A DNA stretch of 64,000 nt from an uncultured Gammaproteobacteria bacterium (GTDB lineage: Bacteria; Patescibacteriota; Patescibacteriia; Magasanikbacterales; GWA2-37-8): the NCBI GenBank assembly GCA_964355175.1, contig CAYHBZ010000001.1, forward strand, positions 240,523 to 304,522, in the 5' to 3' direction. Numbering within the stretch: position 1 is the first letter of the stretch; the number at the start of each line of letters is the position of its first letter. This document shows positions 47,441 to 58,800 of this stretch, piece after piece. The notes under the pieces are model-generated. The model saw nothing but the letters and a program-made list of their open reading frames with translations. It searched no databases and was not told the DNA's origin. The position numbers and the translations under genes are program-made.

Positions 47441-47539
47441 ATCCGACGAGACAGAACGAAGACGGCGACGGAGTGCAAACTCCGCCGCCTGCTTCAATGA
47501 AATACTTTTGCAAAAAGGTAAAGGTACTTGATTAAAGCA

Positions 47540-47580
47540 AATTTAAAAAATAAAAAAGAACTAAAATTTTTTAGTTCTTT
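47540..47580. terminator. AT-rich bidirectional hairpin terminator between island 3 and pyk
   Basis: AAGAACTAA-AATTTT-TTAGTTCTT flanked by A- and T-runs. Confidence 0.4.
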
Positions 47581-47593
47581 TTTATTTTTTAAA

Positions 47594-49024
47594 TTAAATT
47601 TCTCTTACTTCTACCAAATTTACTTTACTTTCCTGCCCTATCGGATCACCGGCTACCACCACAATCTTATCACCTTTTTTAGCCAGCTTATTCTTTTTTA
47701 TATACTCGGTCGCTTTTTTTATAAAATCTTCAATGTGCTTCACGCGTGGAATAATAAAAGGCACTACTCCCCAAGATAAATTTAGTTGTCTTTGCACACG
47801 CAAAGAATTGGTTGCTACCAAAATTGGCACTTGCGGACGCACACGGGCAATCATACGGGCAGTTTCTCCAGACACTGAATCCGCCACAATTAATTTGGAA
47901 CCGACTTCAAAAGAAAGAGTGCGGGATAATTCAGTAATCGCCGACGGAGCCGAACCTTTGATAGAAGTCGGCATCGCCAAGTCATCAAACGGCGAGGCTT
48001 CGGTAGTAATTACAATATCACTCATCGTTTTGACGGTCAAAACCGGAAACTCTCCGGAAGCAGTTTCGTTGGATAACATCACCGCATCGGCATGATCGAT
48101 GACCGCATTGGCAACATCGGAAACCTCCGCGCGAGTAGGACGACGATTATGTTGCATGGAATCAAGCATCTGAGTAGCCACAATTACCGGTTTGGACAAA
48201 GCGTTGGCTTTGGCAATCATCGCTTTTTGCAACAAAGGTACTTCGGCGGCTTTCATCTCCAGACCCAAATCGCCGCGGGCGACCATAATACAATCCACCG
48301 CTTGTAAAATAGCGTCCATATTTTCTACCGCTTCATGTTGTTCTATTTTGGCAATAATTAAAATTGGCGCTTGTTTTTTTAGTTTTAATTTTTTTTCAAA
48401 CTTTTTTATCAAAGCGCGCAAACGGATAATATCCTGCGCGGCATGCACAAACGACAGAGCGACAAACTCCACGCCAATCTTTACGCCAAATTCCAAATCT
48501 TCAATATCCTTTTTGCTAAGCGCCGGAATTTTCAAAACACTATCCGGAAAATTTAGGCCTTTGTGAGAAGACAATAATTCCCCTTCAATTACCTGCCCAA
48601 AAATTTTGCTACCTACGATCTTTTCAATCTTTACTTCCATATGACCGTCATCAAGCAAAAAGTGTTGGCCTTTTTTCAAAAATTTCTGCAAACCAGGATA
48701 AGAGACCGGCAATTCTTTGCCTTTGTATTCTTTTAAGTTAGTATCAAAAATAATTTTTTCTCCAGCTTTTATCAGCAGACCTTTTTCCGGCAAAATACCC
48801 AAACGAATTTTTGGTCCCTGCAAATCCTGCAAAATCGCCACCGGCATACCAGTCTTTTTTTCTACCTTTCGGATATTGTTTATCAATTTTTTGTGGCTGG
48901 CGTAAGTACCGTGAGAAAAATTCAGCCTGGCTACATTCACTCCGGCCTTTACCATTTGGGTCAAGGTTTTTTCATCAGCACAAGCCGGACCAATAGTCGC
49001 TACGATCTTGGTAGATTTATACAT
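47594..49024 (-). CDS. pyk: Pyruvate kinase
   Basis: KIVATIGPACADEKTLTQMVKAGVNVARLNFSHGTYASHKKLI ... MVARGDLGLE. Confidence 0.95.
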   Translation of the reverse strand: MYKSTKIVATIGPACADEKTLTQMVKAGVNVARLNFSHGTYASHKKLINNIRKVEKKTGMPVAILQDLQGPKIRLGILPEKGLLIKAGEKIIFDTNLKEYKGKELPVSYPGLQKFLKKGQHFLLDDGHMEVKIEKIVGSKIFGQVIEGELLSSHKGLNFPDSVLKIPALSKKDIEDLEFGVKIGVEFVALSFVHAAQDIIRLRALIKKFEKKLKLKKQAPILIIAKIEQHEAVENMDAILQAVDCIMVARGDLGLEMKAAEVPLLQKAMIAKANALSKPVIVATQMLDSMQHNRRPTRAEVSDVANAVIDHADAVMLSNETASGEFPVLTVKTMSDIVITTEASPFDDLAMPTSIKGSAPSAITELSRTLSFEVGSKLIVADSVSGETARMIARVRPQVPILVATNSLRVQRQLNLSWGVVPFIIPRVKHIEDFIKKATEYIKKNKLAKKGDKIVVVAGDPIGQESKVNLVEVREI

Positions 49025-49027
49025 AAT

Positions 49028-49462
49028 TTATTTTAATAACGCCTTTAGCTGTTCTTGTTTGGCAGCATCGAGGGGTAAAATTTTAAACAGTTGCTCCATA
49101 GAATTGGCGGACGAAGCGGTGCTAGTCGCGGACTTGGCACCAAAAAAACCGCCATAATTATTTTGAAAATCCTGAATAATTCCTGGCAGATACCACAGCG
49201 CCCAAATTAATGGGAGCAGAATCAAAAACACTCGAATCCAACCAGCTACTGCTGTCCACATCATCTTACTGTGAATTTTACGATTTTGCTCATAGATGAT
49301 CTGTGACCACTTGAGATTTTTTTCGAGCAAATCTTTTATTACATCGTGTTCGGTTTTGGTTACTACTGGAGTTGATTTTTCGGCTACGGATTTATTTTCC
49401 ACCGCCGGGGCGGCTTCAGCATTCTTTTCAACCGATACATTTTTATCTTGATGTCTAAACAT
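49028..49462 (-). CDS. Hypothetical small membrane protein
   Basis: Single TM WTAVAGWIRVFLILLPLIWALWYL. No motif recognised. Confidence 0.45.
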   Translation of the reverse strand: MFRHQDKNVSVEKNAEAAPAVENKSVAEKSTPVVTKTEHDVIKDLLEKNLKWSQIIYEQNRKIHSKMMWTAVAGWIRVFLILLPLIWALWYLPGIIQDFQNNYGGFFGAKSATSTASSANSMEQLFKILPLDAAKQEQLKALLK

Positions 49463-49463
49463 A

Positions 49464-49913
49464 TTATTTAGCTAAACGTTTTAATTCGCTTTCAAAATTT
49501 TTAACATCTTTGAAATCACGATAGATGCTGGCAAAACGAATATAGGCAACTTTATCAAAAGTGCGTAAATTTTTCATCACAAATTCACCAAGTTCGGCAC
49601 TGCTCAATTCGCGTTTTTTCCTTTTTTGGATATCGCGTTCGATAGCGTGCACTAAATGGTGAAAATCTTCCTGAGTAAAAGCCCGTTTGGTAAGCGAACG
49701 ACGAATTCCGCTTTCTAGCTTATCGCGCATATAAGCTTCACGCTTGCCGTCGCGCTTCACCACAATCAAATCCAAAAGCTCGGTTTCCTCAATAGTAGAA
49801 AAACGATATTCACATTTATCACACTCGCGTCGACGCCTAGTAGACAGGTCATTCTCGACCGGTCTGGTATCGACTACGCTAGTATTTTTATGGTTACAAA
49901 CAGGACAACGCAT
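49464..49913 (-). CDS. nrdR: Transcriptional repressor NrdR
   Basis: MRCPVCNHKNTSVVDTRPVENDLSTRRRRECDKCEYRFSTIE zinc ribbon + ATP-cone. Confidence 0.9.
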   Translation of the reverse strand: MRCPVCNHKNTSVVDTRPVENDLSTRRRRECDKCEYRFSTIEETELLDLIVVKRDGKREAYMRDKLESGIRRSLTKRAFTQEDFHHLVHAIERDIQKRKKRELSSAELGEFVMKNLRTFDKVAYIRFASIYRDFKDVKNFESELKRLAK

Positions 49914-50003
49914 ATTTTTGTTATATAAATGATAACATTTTGACCGATAAAAAACAAGACAAAAATACCTAGGTATTTTTGTCTTGTTTTTTAGTGATGA
50001 ATT

Positions 50004-51245
50004 TTATATACCCATTTTCTTACGGATAAACGCCGGGATCTCGAGCTCATCATCAGCTGATTTTGGCTTGGTCGTTACAATCGGCTGAGCTTTTGTCTCT
50101 TCCCTAAAAGCGTTTATTACTACCGGAGCGATCTGAGGCTCTTTGGCTACCGGCTTTTGGACAAACTGTTTAAATTTCTTTTCTTCCTCTTCATCATCTC
50201 TCTGCGCTTTGCGGGCAAAGGCATTGTTGGTAAATTTGGACGCGCTAAAGAATGAAGTTTCCTCATCAGCGGCTAGCAAAGCGCTTGGTCGGCGGCCATC
50301 AAAGCCAGTGGCGATTACGGTGATACGAATACCATCAGTAAGAGTTTCGTCGATAGTAGCACCAAAAATAACTTTGGCATCTTCGGAAGCGGAACTGGTA
50401 ATAATCTTGGCGGCTTCACTGACTTCATTCATAGTAAGATCAGTGCCACCGGTGATAGTAAATAGAATGCCGTTGGCGCCATCAATAGACAGATCAAGGA
50501 GCGGACTGGAGATGGCCATCTTGGCGGCTTCAACCGCCCGATTTTCACCACTGCCGTTACCGATACCCATCAAAGCAGAGCCGGTGTCGCGCATAATAGT
50601 TTTGACATCGGCGAAGTCCACATTAATAAGCGAAGGAGTGGTAATAATTTCCGAGATCCCTTGCACACCCTGGCGCAAAACATCATCGACAATTTTAAAG
50701 GCATCCAGCAAACTGGTTTTTTTATCAATCACTTGTAAAATACGATCATTTGGAATAGTGATAATAGCGTCCACACTGCGAGCCAATTTTTCCCAAGCGG
50801 CTTCACCTACTTCTTTTCTTTTTGGCCCTTCAAAACCAAATGGCTTGGTGACCACCGCCACAGTAAGCGCGCCTAATTCTTTGGCCACTTCAGCCACTAC
50901 CGGAGAAGCTCCCGATCCGGTGCCACCACCCAAACCACAGGTGATGAAAACCATATCGGAATCTTTCAAAATTTCTCTGATTTCATTTTGACTTTCCTCG
51001 GCGGCTTTGCGTCCAATTTCCGGATCCATACCGGCTCCCAAACCACGAGTAACACTTTTTCCAATATGTAATTTTTGGGAAGCTGAACTATGGTGCAAAG
51101 CCTGCACATCAGTATTCATTGCGATAAAATCAATGCCGCGAATTTTTGAAGCCACCATCCGATTGACGGCACTGCCGCCGGATCCTCCCACTCCGACTAC
51201 TTTAATTTTTGCAAAGGTTTCCATTTCAGGTTTTACTTGAGGCAT
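50004..51245 (-). CDS. ftsZ: Cell division GTPase FtsZ
   Basis: [17 protein letters not shown] ... [24 protein letters not shown] (GGGTGTG tubulin signature). Confidence 0.95.
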   Translation of the reverse strand: MPQVKPEMETFAKIKVVGVGGSGGSAVNRMVASKIRGIDFIAMNTDVQALHHSSASQKLHIGKSVTRGLGAGMDPEIGRKAAEESQNEIREILKDSDMVFITCGLGGGTGSGASPVVAEVAKELGALTVAVVTKPFGFEGPKRKEVGEAAWEKLARSVDAIITIPNDRILQVIDKKTSLLDAFKIVDDVLRQGVQGISEIITTPSLINVDFADVKTIMRDTGSALMGIGNGSGENRAVEAAKMAISSPLLDLSIDGANGILFTITGGTDLTMNEVSEAAKIITSSASEDAKVIFGATIDETLTDGIRITVIATGFDGRRPSALLAADEETSFFSASKFTNNAFARKAQRDDEEEEKKFKQFVQKPVAKEPQIAPVVINAFREETKAQPIVTTKPKSADDELEIPAFIRKKMGI

Positions 51246-51375
51246 AAACTTCTTTGATTAACTTGAACACTTTTTGTATTCAACACACTTTAATAAAAAA
51301 ATAGCGATCCGTTATCGCTACCTAGTTTATATTACCTATGAGCTACTGTCAAGCAATAGAACTTAGCCAAAATTA

Positions 51376-52644
51376 TTATGGTAACAAGGCTTTAAACCAG
51401 TCTTTGATAGCTCCGGCTGAGCCACCAACTTTTTTCAGACCATCAAATAATTTGGCATTTTTAGCGCTGTGTCCTGAGCTCATCATACTACCCCATTTGA
51501 GCAGACCCACCACATTTACAAAACCAAGATCATTAATTTTATCCGTGGCACTAATAAAATTTAGCGGGTATCCCAGCGTGGCCGGCAAACGCAAATATTT
51601 TTTACCGGCTTCGGTAATGCCCGGCAATTTGGCGCCACCGCCGGTAAATACCACGCCAGATGGGAGCATACCACTGCGTCCAACTTTGCGTAATTCATCA
51701 TCAATTTTTTGCATGATTTCTTCGACACGAGCTTCAATGATTTCACTGAGGTATTTACGCTTTACGGTTTCATGTTCGCTGGCTCCGAGTTCATACAAAT
51801 CAATTTCTTCTTTCTTGGAAACAGTGTTTGAAAAACAATCACCATACTCTATCTTCACACGCTCAGCCACATCTATCGCGGTACGCAGACCAATCGCGAT
51901 ATCATTGGTAATATGTTCGGAACCAATCGGTAAGATGGTGGAATGCAATATTTCTCCTTCTTCGTATACGGCCAAGCTGGTAGTGGAAGCGCCAAAATCT
52001 ACCACCGCCACTCCAAGATCTTTTTGTCTGTTAGTCACCGCGGCTTCACTACTAGCCAAAATTGAAAGCACCAAATCCTCTATTTCGAGGCCAGAACGAT
52101 AGATAGCTTTGGTAAGATTTTTTATCTGGGCAGAAGCTCCAAGTATTATTTGCGCATCCACCTCTAGGCGAATACCGGTCATGCCTACTGGATCCTTAAT
52201 CCCGGTTTGACCGTCCACCGAAAATCTTTTTGGCAAGACGTGTAATACCTCGTAGTTGAGAGGTGTAGAAATAGAGCGAGCAGCCTCAAGAGCGCGATCC
52301 ACATCGGTTTCGGATATTTCACTATCGGCCTTGGATACGGCCACTACCCCTTTACTATTTTGTGACATAATATGCAAACCAGAGACACCTGTCCAAACTC
52401 TGTCTATCGGCAATCCCACAGTGCGTTCCATTTTTTCCAAACAAGAAGATACCGCGGATACCAAATCCTCGATACTATTGATGGAGCCTTTATGCATACC
52501 TTCGGATGGCACTTCGGCGGCTCCCAAAATCTGCATTTCCGCCTGAGTTTCATCACCGCGATAAACCATCTGTCCAACGGCCATGCGCACCATACTGGAA
52601 CCAATATCAAGACCGGCAATTATATTTTGTTTTCCTTTGGACAT
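51376..52644 (-). CDS. ftsA: Cell division protein FtsA
   Basis: IIAGLDIGSSMVRMAVGQ ... actin-like ATPase motifs VVDFGASTTSLAVY, VVFTGGGAKLPGI. Confidence 0.9.
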   Translation of the reverse strand: MSKGKQNIIAGLDIGSSMVRMAVGQMVYRGDETQAEMQILGAAEVPSEGMHKGSINSIEDLVSAVSSCLEKMERTVGLPIDRVWTGVSGLHIMSQNSKGVVAVSKADSEISETDVDRALEAARSISTPLNYEVLHVLPKRFSVDGQTGIKDPVGMTGIRLEVDAQIILGASAQIKNLTKAIYRSGLEIEDLVLSILASSEAAVTNRQKDLGVAVVDFGASTTSLAVYEEGEILHSTILPIGSEHITNDIAIGLRTAIDVAERVKIEYGDCFSNTVSKKEEIDLYELGASEHETVKRKYLSEIIEARVEEIMQKIDDELRKVGRSGMLPSGVVFTGGGAKLPGITEAGKKYLRLPATLGYPLNFISATDKINDLGFVNVVGLLKWGSMMSSGHSAKNAKLFDGLKKVGGSAGAIKDWFKALLP

Positions 52645-52679
52645 ACTAACATTCTAAATAAGAGAAACTATATTATACC

Positions 52680-53045
52680 TTATTTTAACAAAGCGATAAA
52701 GTGGGGTAAAAAAATAATGAGACCAATAGCCAAAGCTCCGATAGAAGTGACCAAAACAGCGGCCGCCATAACATCTTTAATTATCGATACATAATGATTG
52801 AGACGCGGCTTGAGCAAATCAGCTACATATTCCAAGGCGGTATTGAGCAACTCCACGGTCAAAACACTGACTACCAATAAAATTAAAAGAATAATTTCCC
52901 AAATCTTTAAAGGAAATATTAAAGTCAAACACAAAACCACCAAAGCCAAAAAAACCTGAATACGAAAATTTTGTTCATGCCAAAAAGCGTATCGCAAACC
53001 GCGAAAAGCATCCCTAAAACTCTTTAATAATCTTTTAAGCGACAT
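52680..53045 (-). CDS. dgkA: Diacylglycerol/undecaprenol kinase (DgkA family)
   Basis: Three TM helices. ELLNTALEYVAD motif. Confidence 0.7.
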   Translation of the reverse strand: MSLKRLLKSFRDAFRGLRYAFWHEQNFRIQVFLALVVLCLTLIFPLKIWEIILLILLVVSVLTVELLNTALEYVADLLKPRLNHYVSIIKDVMAAAVLVTSIGALAIGLIIFLPHFIALLK

Positions 53046-53496
53046 ATTTTAAATTCTTTAAAACACCTTCTTGCAAACCAAACATTTTTTTTGCCTCCAC
53101 CACTTCGTGATGTTCATGACCGGCCAGATGCAGCAGACCGTGCACCAGCATACGAGCAAACTCTTGTTTCTGCGGTATGCCAAGCTCTTTTGACTGGCGC
53201 TGAATCTGCTGTGGACAGATATATATCTGTCCAAGATACGGAGTTTTGATAAACTCATCTTCAGACCAAGCAAAGGAAAGCACATCGGTCGGATATTTTT
53301 TGCCGCGAAATTGAAAATTTAATTTAGTCATTTCGCTATCCCCTACCAAATTTATTTCCACTATGCCTTTTATCTTCTTCTCTTTTTTTGCCGCGACGGT
53401 GGCTATTTTTTGCAGTTCACTGTCCGACAATAAACTATTTTTTGTTTTAAAATTTATTTCAATTTTTATCATAATACTAGGGGGTGCTGGAGGCAA
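53035..53496 (-). CDS. ybeY: Endoribonuclease YbeY (rRNA maturation)
   Basis: MLVHGLLHLAGHEHHE (HxxxHxxGxxH zinc motif). Confidence 0.85.
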   Translation of the reverse strand: MPPAPPSIMIKIEINFKTKNSLLSDSELQKIATVAAKKEKKIKGIVEINLVGDSEMTKLNFQFRGKKYPTDVLSFAWSEDEFIKTPYLGQIYICPQQIQRQSKELGIPQKQEFARMLVHGLLHLAGHEHHEVVEAKKMFGLQEGVLKNLKYVA

Positions 53497-54577
53497 ATGG
53501 GTTAACTTCCACTACTCTATTTGGCACATCTTCAGAATTTCCAAACTGAAAACTACGCATGAATAATTTATTTACAATACGATAATTCAGCGGGCTGGAA
53601 TTGGCAGCGTGATAAATAATAGCAAAAACCTGATTATCAACTGGGAAAAAGTAAACCATATTATCTTTACGCCCAAATCCGGGCTGTTTGAAAACAGATT
53701 CGATTGGCGCGTAATCGGCATAGCTTTCGGTGGGGACAAATCTCGCAAACCAATCAACAAAACTTTCATCCGCATTTTTAGCAATTACTCTTACCTCAAT
53801 ATTTTCTCCCGTAAAGGTACTAAACAAGACATCTTTATATCCCGAATCTACACTACCTACTGCCCAGCTTTTTGGATAATATAATTTGTAGCCAAATACC
53901 GGATTGGTATATACACTAACCAGTCCAGAATCAATAAGCTTCATCGGCTCTTTACCGACCGGATTGTAAAGATGATAAATTTCGTGATTATCCGGGTATT
54001 TATCAACATCGGTGTCTGGCAATGTAGCATCGGTGGTAAATAATTCCTCTGCCGGATCCGCCAATTCATCTTTATCGGTATCAGTGGTATCACCCAATAA
54101 AGTAGAGGGCAAATCAAGCGGAGCCTCTCCCAAAGAAGGGGTGACCTTGGCAAGCGGTTGCTGAGTTTCATTAATTACCGGCGCAACTGGCGTTTCACTT
54201 GGTGCTGGTTCCACATTTGTCACCACCGGCGCGACTGGCGCTGGAGCCGGTTTATTTTTTTGATACTGCCAAAAATAATAAACACCGCCTACGATACTGA
54301 CCAAGGCAATAATAATCAAAAAAGTAAAAAATAAAAACTTGGAATTGGCCATTAAATTTACCGGATGTAATTTATTGCCGGCACCTACACTAGTTTGCTT
54401 ATCCAATAATTTTTTTTCCGTGGTTGATAAAACCATGGGTTTGACTTCTTTAGGAGCCACCACGGTTTCAACTGTCATAAATTTTACCACCGGATTACTG
54501 CCACCATAAAAATCATCTGGAATTTTATTCAGATTTATTTCCGGCAATGATTCAATTGGCGCTTTTTTACCAAACAT
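53477..54577 (-). CDS. Hypothetical membrane-anchored protein with a Pro/Ala-rich linker and an extracytoplasmic domain
   Basis: TM FLFFTFLIIIALVSIVGGVYYFW, then PAPAPVAPVV. Confidence 0.4.
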   Translation of the reverse strand: MFGKKAPIESLPEINLNKIPDDFYGGSNPVVKFMTVETVVAPKEVKPMVLSTTEKKLLDKQTSVGAGNKLHPVNLMANSKFLFFTFLIIIALVSIVGGVYYFWQYQKNKPAPAPVAPVVTNVEPAPSETPVAPVINETQQPLAKVTPSLGEAPLDLPSTLLGDTTDTDKDELADPAEELFTTDATLPDTDVDKYPDNHEIYHLYNPVGKEPMKLIDSGLVSVYTNPVFGYKLYYPKSWAVGSVDSGYKDVLFSTFTGENIEVRVIAKNADESFVDWFARFVPTESYADYAPIESVFKQPGFGRKDNMVYFFPVDNQVFAIIYHAANSSPLNYRIVNKLFMRSFQFGNSEDVPNRVVEVNPFASSTP

Positions 54578-54586
54578 AATTATAAA

Positions 54587-55372
54587 CTATTTTTTAGTGG
54601 CGGTAGCTGATACACCGGCAGTAGTAGAAGCGGAAGTGGCGGTACTGGTAGGCACATTAAATAATTTTCCAGAACCAAGTGGATTGTATCCATGGAATAC
54701 CTCTGAACCATCAGCATAGGTATCACCATCCGTATCGGAATTCAAAGGATTGGTTTTCCAGATTATCACTTCATCACCGTCGTTTAGACCATCACTATCA
54801 CTGTCGGCTTTGCGTGAATCGGTGCCCAATTGTTTTTCGCGGACATCATCAAGCCCATCATGATCACTGTCAACAGATTCGCCAAATAAAATTTTATCAT
54901 TATTCATGCTAGCGCTCACTTCGCTACTACTGACTGTACTGTTTGTTACCGGTTCGTTAGGCTGATTATTTTCAACGACTGGCTCTGTGACAACCGGTGT
55001 GATATTAGTGTTTTTAGTTTCGGTAACAGCCGGCGATTTGGCCGCGGTGAATTTATTATAAAAATACCAACCACCAAATCCAAGACCACCGAGCGCCGCT
55101 ACCAAAAATACCAATAATAAAATCTTACCGAGAACAGGCTGTTTCATTTCGTACATTGAACCAGACACCGTGGCTGGCGCGGCATTATTCATATCAGAAG
55201 CCGAGCTATCTTTTTTCTTCAGCAAACCGGCGCTCAGAGCATTCGGAGTCTGAGGTATCTCAGGTGGCAAATCTTCGCCACCAAGATCTTTTTCCGTACC
55301 GGCGAACATATCCACCGGCTCCATTGGCAAATTACCAGGAACGCCGCCAGCATTTTGTTGATCATCAAACAT
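54587..55372 (-). CDS. Membrane-anchored protein with thrombospondin type-3-like Asp-rich Ca-binding repeats
   Basis: DSDHDGLDDVREKQLGTDSRKADSDSDGLNDGDEV ... NSDTDGDTYADGSEV. Confidence 0.55.
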   Translation of the reverse strand: MFDDQQNAGGVPGNLPMEPVDMFAGTEKDLGGEDLPPEIPQTPNALSAGLLKKKDSSASDMNNAAPATVSGSMYEMKQPVLGKILLLVFLVAALGGLGFGGWYFYNKFTAAKSPAVTETKNTNITPVVTEPVVENNQPNEPVTNSTVSSSEVSASMNNDKILFGESVDSDHDGLDDVREKQLGTDSRKADSDSDGLNDGDEVIIWKTNPLNSDTDGDTYADGSEVFHGYNPLGSGKLFNVPTSTATSASTTAGVSATATKK

Positions 55373-55404
55373 AGAAATAAAATTAGGATTATTTTTAAAT
55401 AAAA

Positions 55405-55842
55405 TTATTTTTTAAGTTTTCCCGGACCAAGCGGATCGTAATCACGACGCAATTCAGCTCCGTCGCTATAGCTATCACCATCGGTATCGTACTTGAGCGG
55501 ATTAGTATGATAAGTCTGCACCTCATCATAATCAGTAAGGCCGTCGCCATCGGTATCAATCCTGGATGGATCGGTGCCGAGTTGTTTTTCCTGGGCATCA
55601 CTGACTCCATCCAAATCAGAATCATTTTTTTGTTTTTCATCCAAAACTTTCTGCAAATCCACCAAATCACTTTCTATTTTTTGACTTTCCTGCTGAATTA
55701 CTTCAGGGGAAGATGACGGTGTCGCCTCGGAATTTGAAAGTTTATTTATATTATTAGTTTTATATTTAAACCAAGCAAAGCCGCCGGCCAGCAAAACCAG
55801 TATCACCACCAAAGCTATAATCAAAAATTTTTTATTTATCAT
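55405..55842 (-). CDS. Paralogous small membrane-anchored TSP3-repeat protein
   Basis: DSDLDGVSDAQEKQLGTDPSRIDTDGDGLTDYDEV ... DTDGDSYSDGAEL. Confidence 0.55.
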   Translation of the reverse strand: MINKKFLIIALVVILVLLAGGFAWFKYKTNNINKLSNSEATPSSSPEVIQQESQKIESDLVDLQKVLDEKQKNDSDLDGVSDAQEKQLGTDPSRIDTDGDGLTDYDEVQTYHTNPLKYDTDGDSYSDGAELRRDYDPLGPGKLKK

Positions 55843-55845
55843 ATT

Positions 55846-58800
55846 CTAATAAACTAATTTTATATCGGTACGAACGCTGTTGTATTGTTTATCCTTAGGC
55901 AGATTGGTTCCAACATAAAAATGATTGGCGTATTCTGCGATTGGACTATTGTCTTTTAGCACGTTGAAAACATGCCAATACTGTGCGCCATTATTGGAAG
56001 ATGGAATCGCCTGTGAAAAATAGAAGGTCTTTATCGGACGGGCGAAGTGGCGGTACACATCATTATTTTCCTGCGCACGCTGAGGTTCGGCGGCATAAAT
56101 TTCTACCTTTAATTTGGCGTCTTTCCCTACCTGAGCAATTGGCAAAGACGAAGAACTTATTTGCACAAAAAATGCGTAGGAGCTGACACTCATCCTGGTG
56201 GTATCAATAGTAAAAGCTTCTTCGTTTATATTAAATTCCGGAACAGAACCAAAACCGTGGAACCAAACCGTATCATCGTTATTTAAATAATAACTGGAAT
56301 AACCATCAACATTACTTTTATTTGGCACCCACTTAGAAGGTACAAAATCCGAACCTAATAAACCAGCAGAAAATTGAGACACATCCTTTCCTACCCAGCT
56401 GACTACGATACGAATATCGTTGGGACGAGCTACGGTATTTACTACACTGTTTACATTATTTTGAGGAATAACTGGCGACAATAACAAATTATAACTATCT
56501 GGCGCAGAGGCGGTAAATACCGGGAAATCAACCAAATGTTCCTTGGACAAATCCGCATTCAGAGATAAACGATAATAACGATCTTGGGAAGTGTCCGAAC
56601 AGACTGGATTGGAAGCAATTTTTGCATCCACAGTGCCGGAATTGCTATCAGTCTGAAATTTATATGAAACAACTTCACTACCAAAAGCATACCGATCAAA
56701 AGCTACTGCATATGCAGCTGCATTTCCGGTAATGGCGGAATCTTTTTTAGGGTATAATAGACCCATATAGCCTAAATGCTGCCCGGGAATCACACTCTCC
56801 GGTTCGGCGATCAACGGATTTTTTCCTGTTGGATCCAACACATTTACTATACCTCCGGAAACAACCACACCTTTATCACTCAAACCACAGGCCACACAAC
56901 TACTCTGGATTGGACTATTGGATCCAATACCACAATTGGCCGCGCAAGATTTTTCACCGATTTTACCGATTAAATTATTCTTTGCATCGGGATCGCCTGC
57001 CAAAAACTGGCTATACCAATAAGAGCTAGTAGCGTTTAAAGTAGTATTAAATTCAGCATAGCATTGAAGCACTTTATATCCGCCATGATTAGTATAAATA
57101 CTGTTAAATGTACTTAACCCTTTACTATTTACATAATCATTGCCGGTACCGGATGAAGTAGCAATAGAAACCAGACTTCCAATACTATCGACTTCACATT
57201 TTTCTGGGCCATTGATAATAGTATCACCACAATAACCAGCCGCATTTACGGTTATTACATTTTCACAATCAAATGAGCAGTAAGTACAGGATTGATTATA
57301 ACTAGACACACAAGGTTTGCCATTTTCACTGCCTTTATCACAAACTTCACCATTTTCGATTTCAACCTTGCCATTGTTACAGCTGCCAGCAATAGCAACT
57401 TCTTTTGGAGCGCTGCTTAGCTCACAAAAATTGGCCGAATTTGCATATAAATCTTTTATTTCAATGGCAGATAGAGCGCGTCCATACAACTGCACTTCGT
57501 CCATGCCACCTTTAAAGAAACTGGTATCGTCATGACCAAGTTTAATTGGATAATTGTGGTCAGCTTTTAAAGTAGCACTGCCATTAGTGGCGCCTACACC
57601 TATGAGATTGCCATCCACATAATAATTGGTATTACGCATAGCATCGACAGTAACCGCTACAAAATGCCATTCATTTGTTGACATTTTCAAATCCACACCA
57701 TTACTACCAAAAATTGGTACGGACGAAGAATTTATAGCACTATAATTGTTTGAAAAAACACGAGATGAGAGATGTAGTTTGCTTACAAACTTTTCTGGGC
57801 CACTCGTAGTCTTTACTAGATACAAATTATAATCACGATTATGATCATAGGTCCTACCATCGCCAGCCACTCCTCCAAAACCATCTTTACTGTTTTCTTT
57901 GCTTACAATAGTGTGATAACCATCAGATATTGTGGGATCCACATTAATCCAAGCGGAAAAAGTGAGCTCATTTATATTAAATTTATTTTGATGATCGACG
58001 ATAAAATAATTACTGGTGCCATTGAAAGACATTGCCTGTTTTTTGGATACTGACAGTGAAGGAACTGGTATTGGACAACCCTGAGCGCCGTTGCCTGAAC
58101 AATAAGCTTTATAAGGTACCAAATTATCACCGGTACTAGACGCCGAATTTGGAACATAGCTATTATTTGCTGGCACATACGCGACATTGCTCACCCAAAC
58201 ATCATCAAACTTATAATATAAAATCGCCGTATTATTTTTCCATTTACACTCATTACTGCATAATCTACTTCCAGAAACATCAGCAATGGAACAGCTTTGA
58301 TTGCCGTCACACTCTTCGCCAAATTCTGTCTGTGCTATACCATCACCACAATAAGGACCGTATTTTTGACAATCAGAAGCACAGGAATCGACTTTCTTTA
58401 AACTATATTTATTTTTATTTAAATTCAAACTTTCCAATTTACCATCATTGCTGAGAAACGGAGAACTAAGCCAAAAATTACAGAAGGTATCATTGGTAGC
58501 CGTACCGTTGTTCGATTGCATAAACCACATAAGACCATCCACACACCACCCAAAATAATTATTAGACTTTGTATCACAAACTTCATTGGCCTGATCGACT
58601 GCTCCATCGCCACAAGTAGAAGAAAAACCAGTACAAGTAGCATTACAGTGTCCATACTGACCATTCAATACACCCTCATCGCAGGTCTCGCCTACCTCCA
58701 CGATACCATTTTTACATTTGGAAAGTTTTGCTCCACAGCTGGTAGAAGTAGCGCTTACCTGCCATTGGCAACTCTTGGAACAAATATCGCCGTGCAAAAC

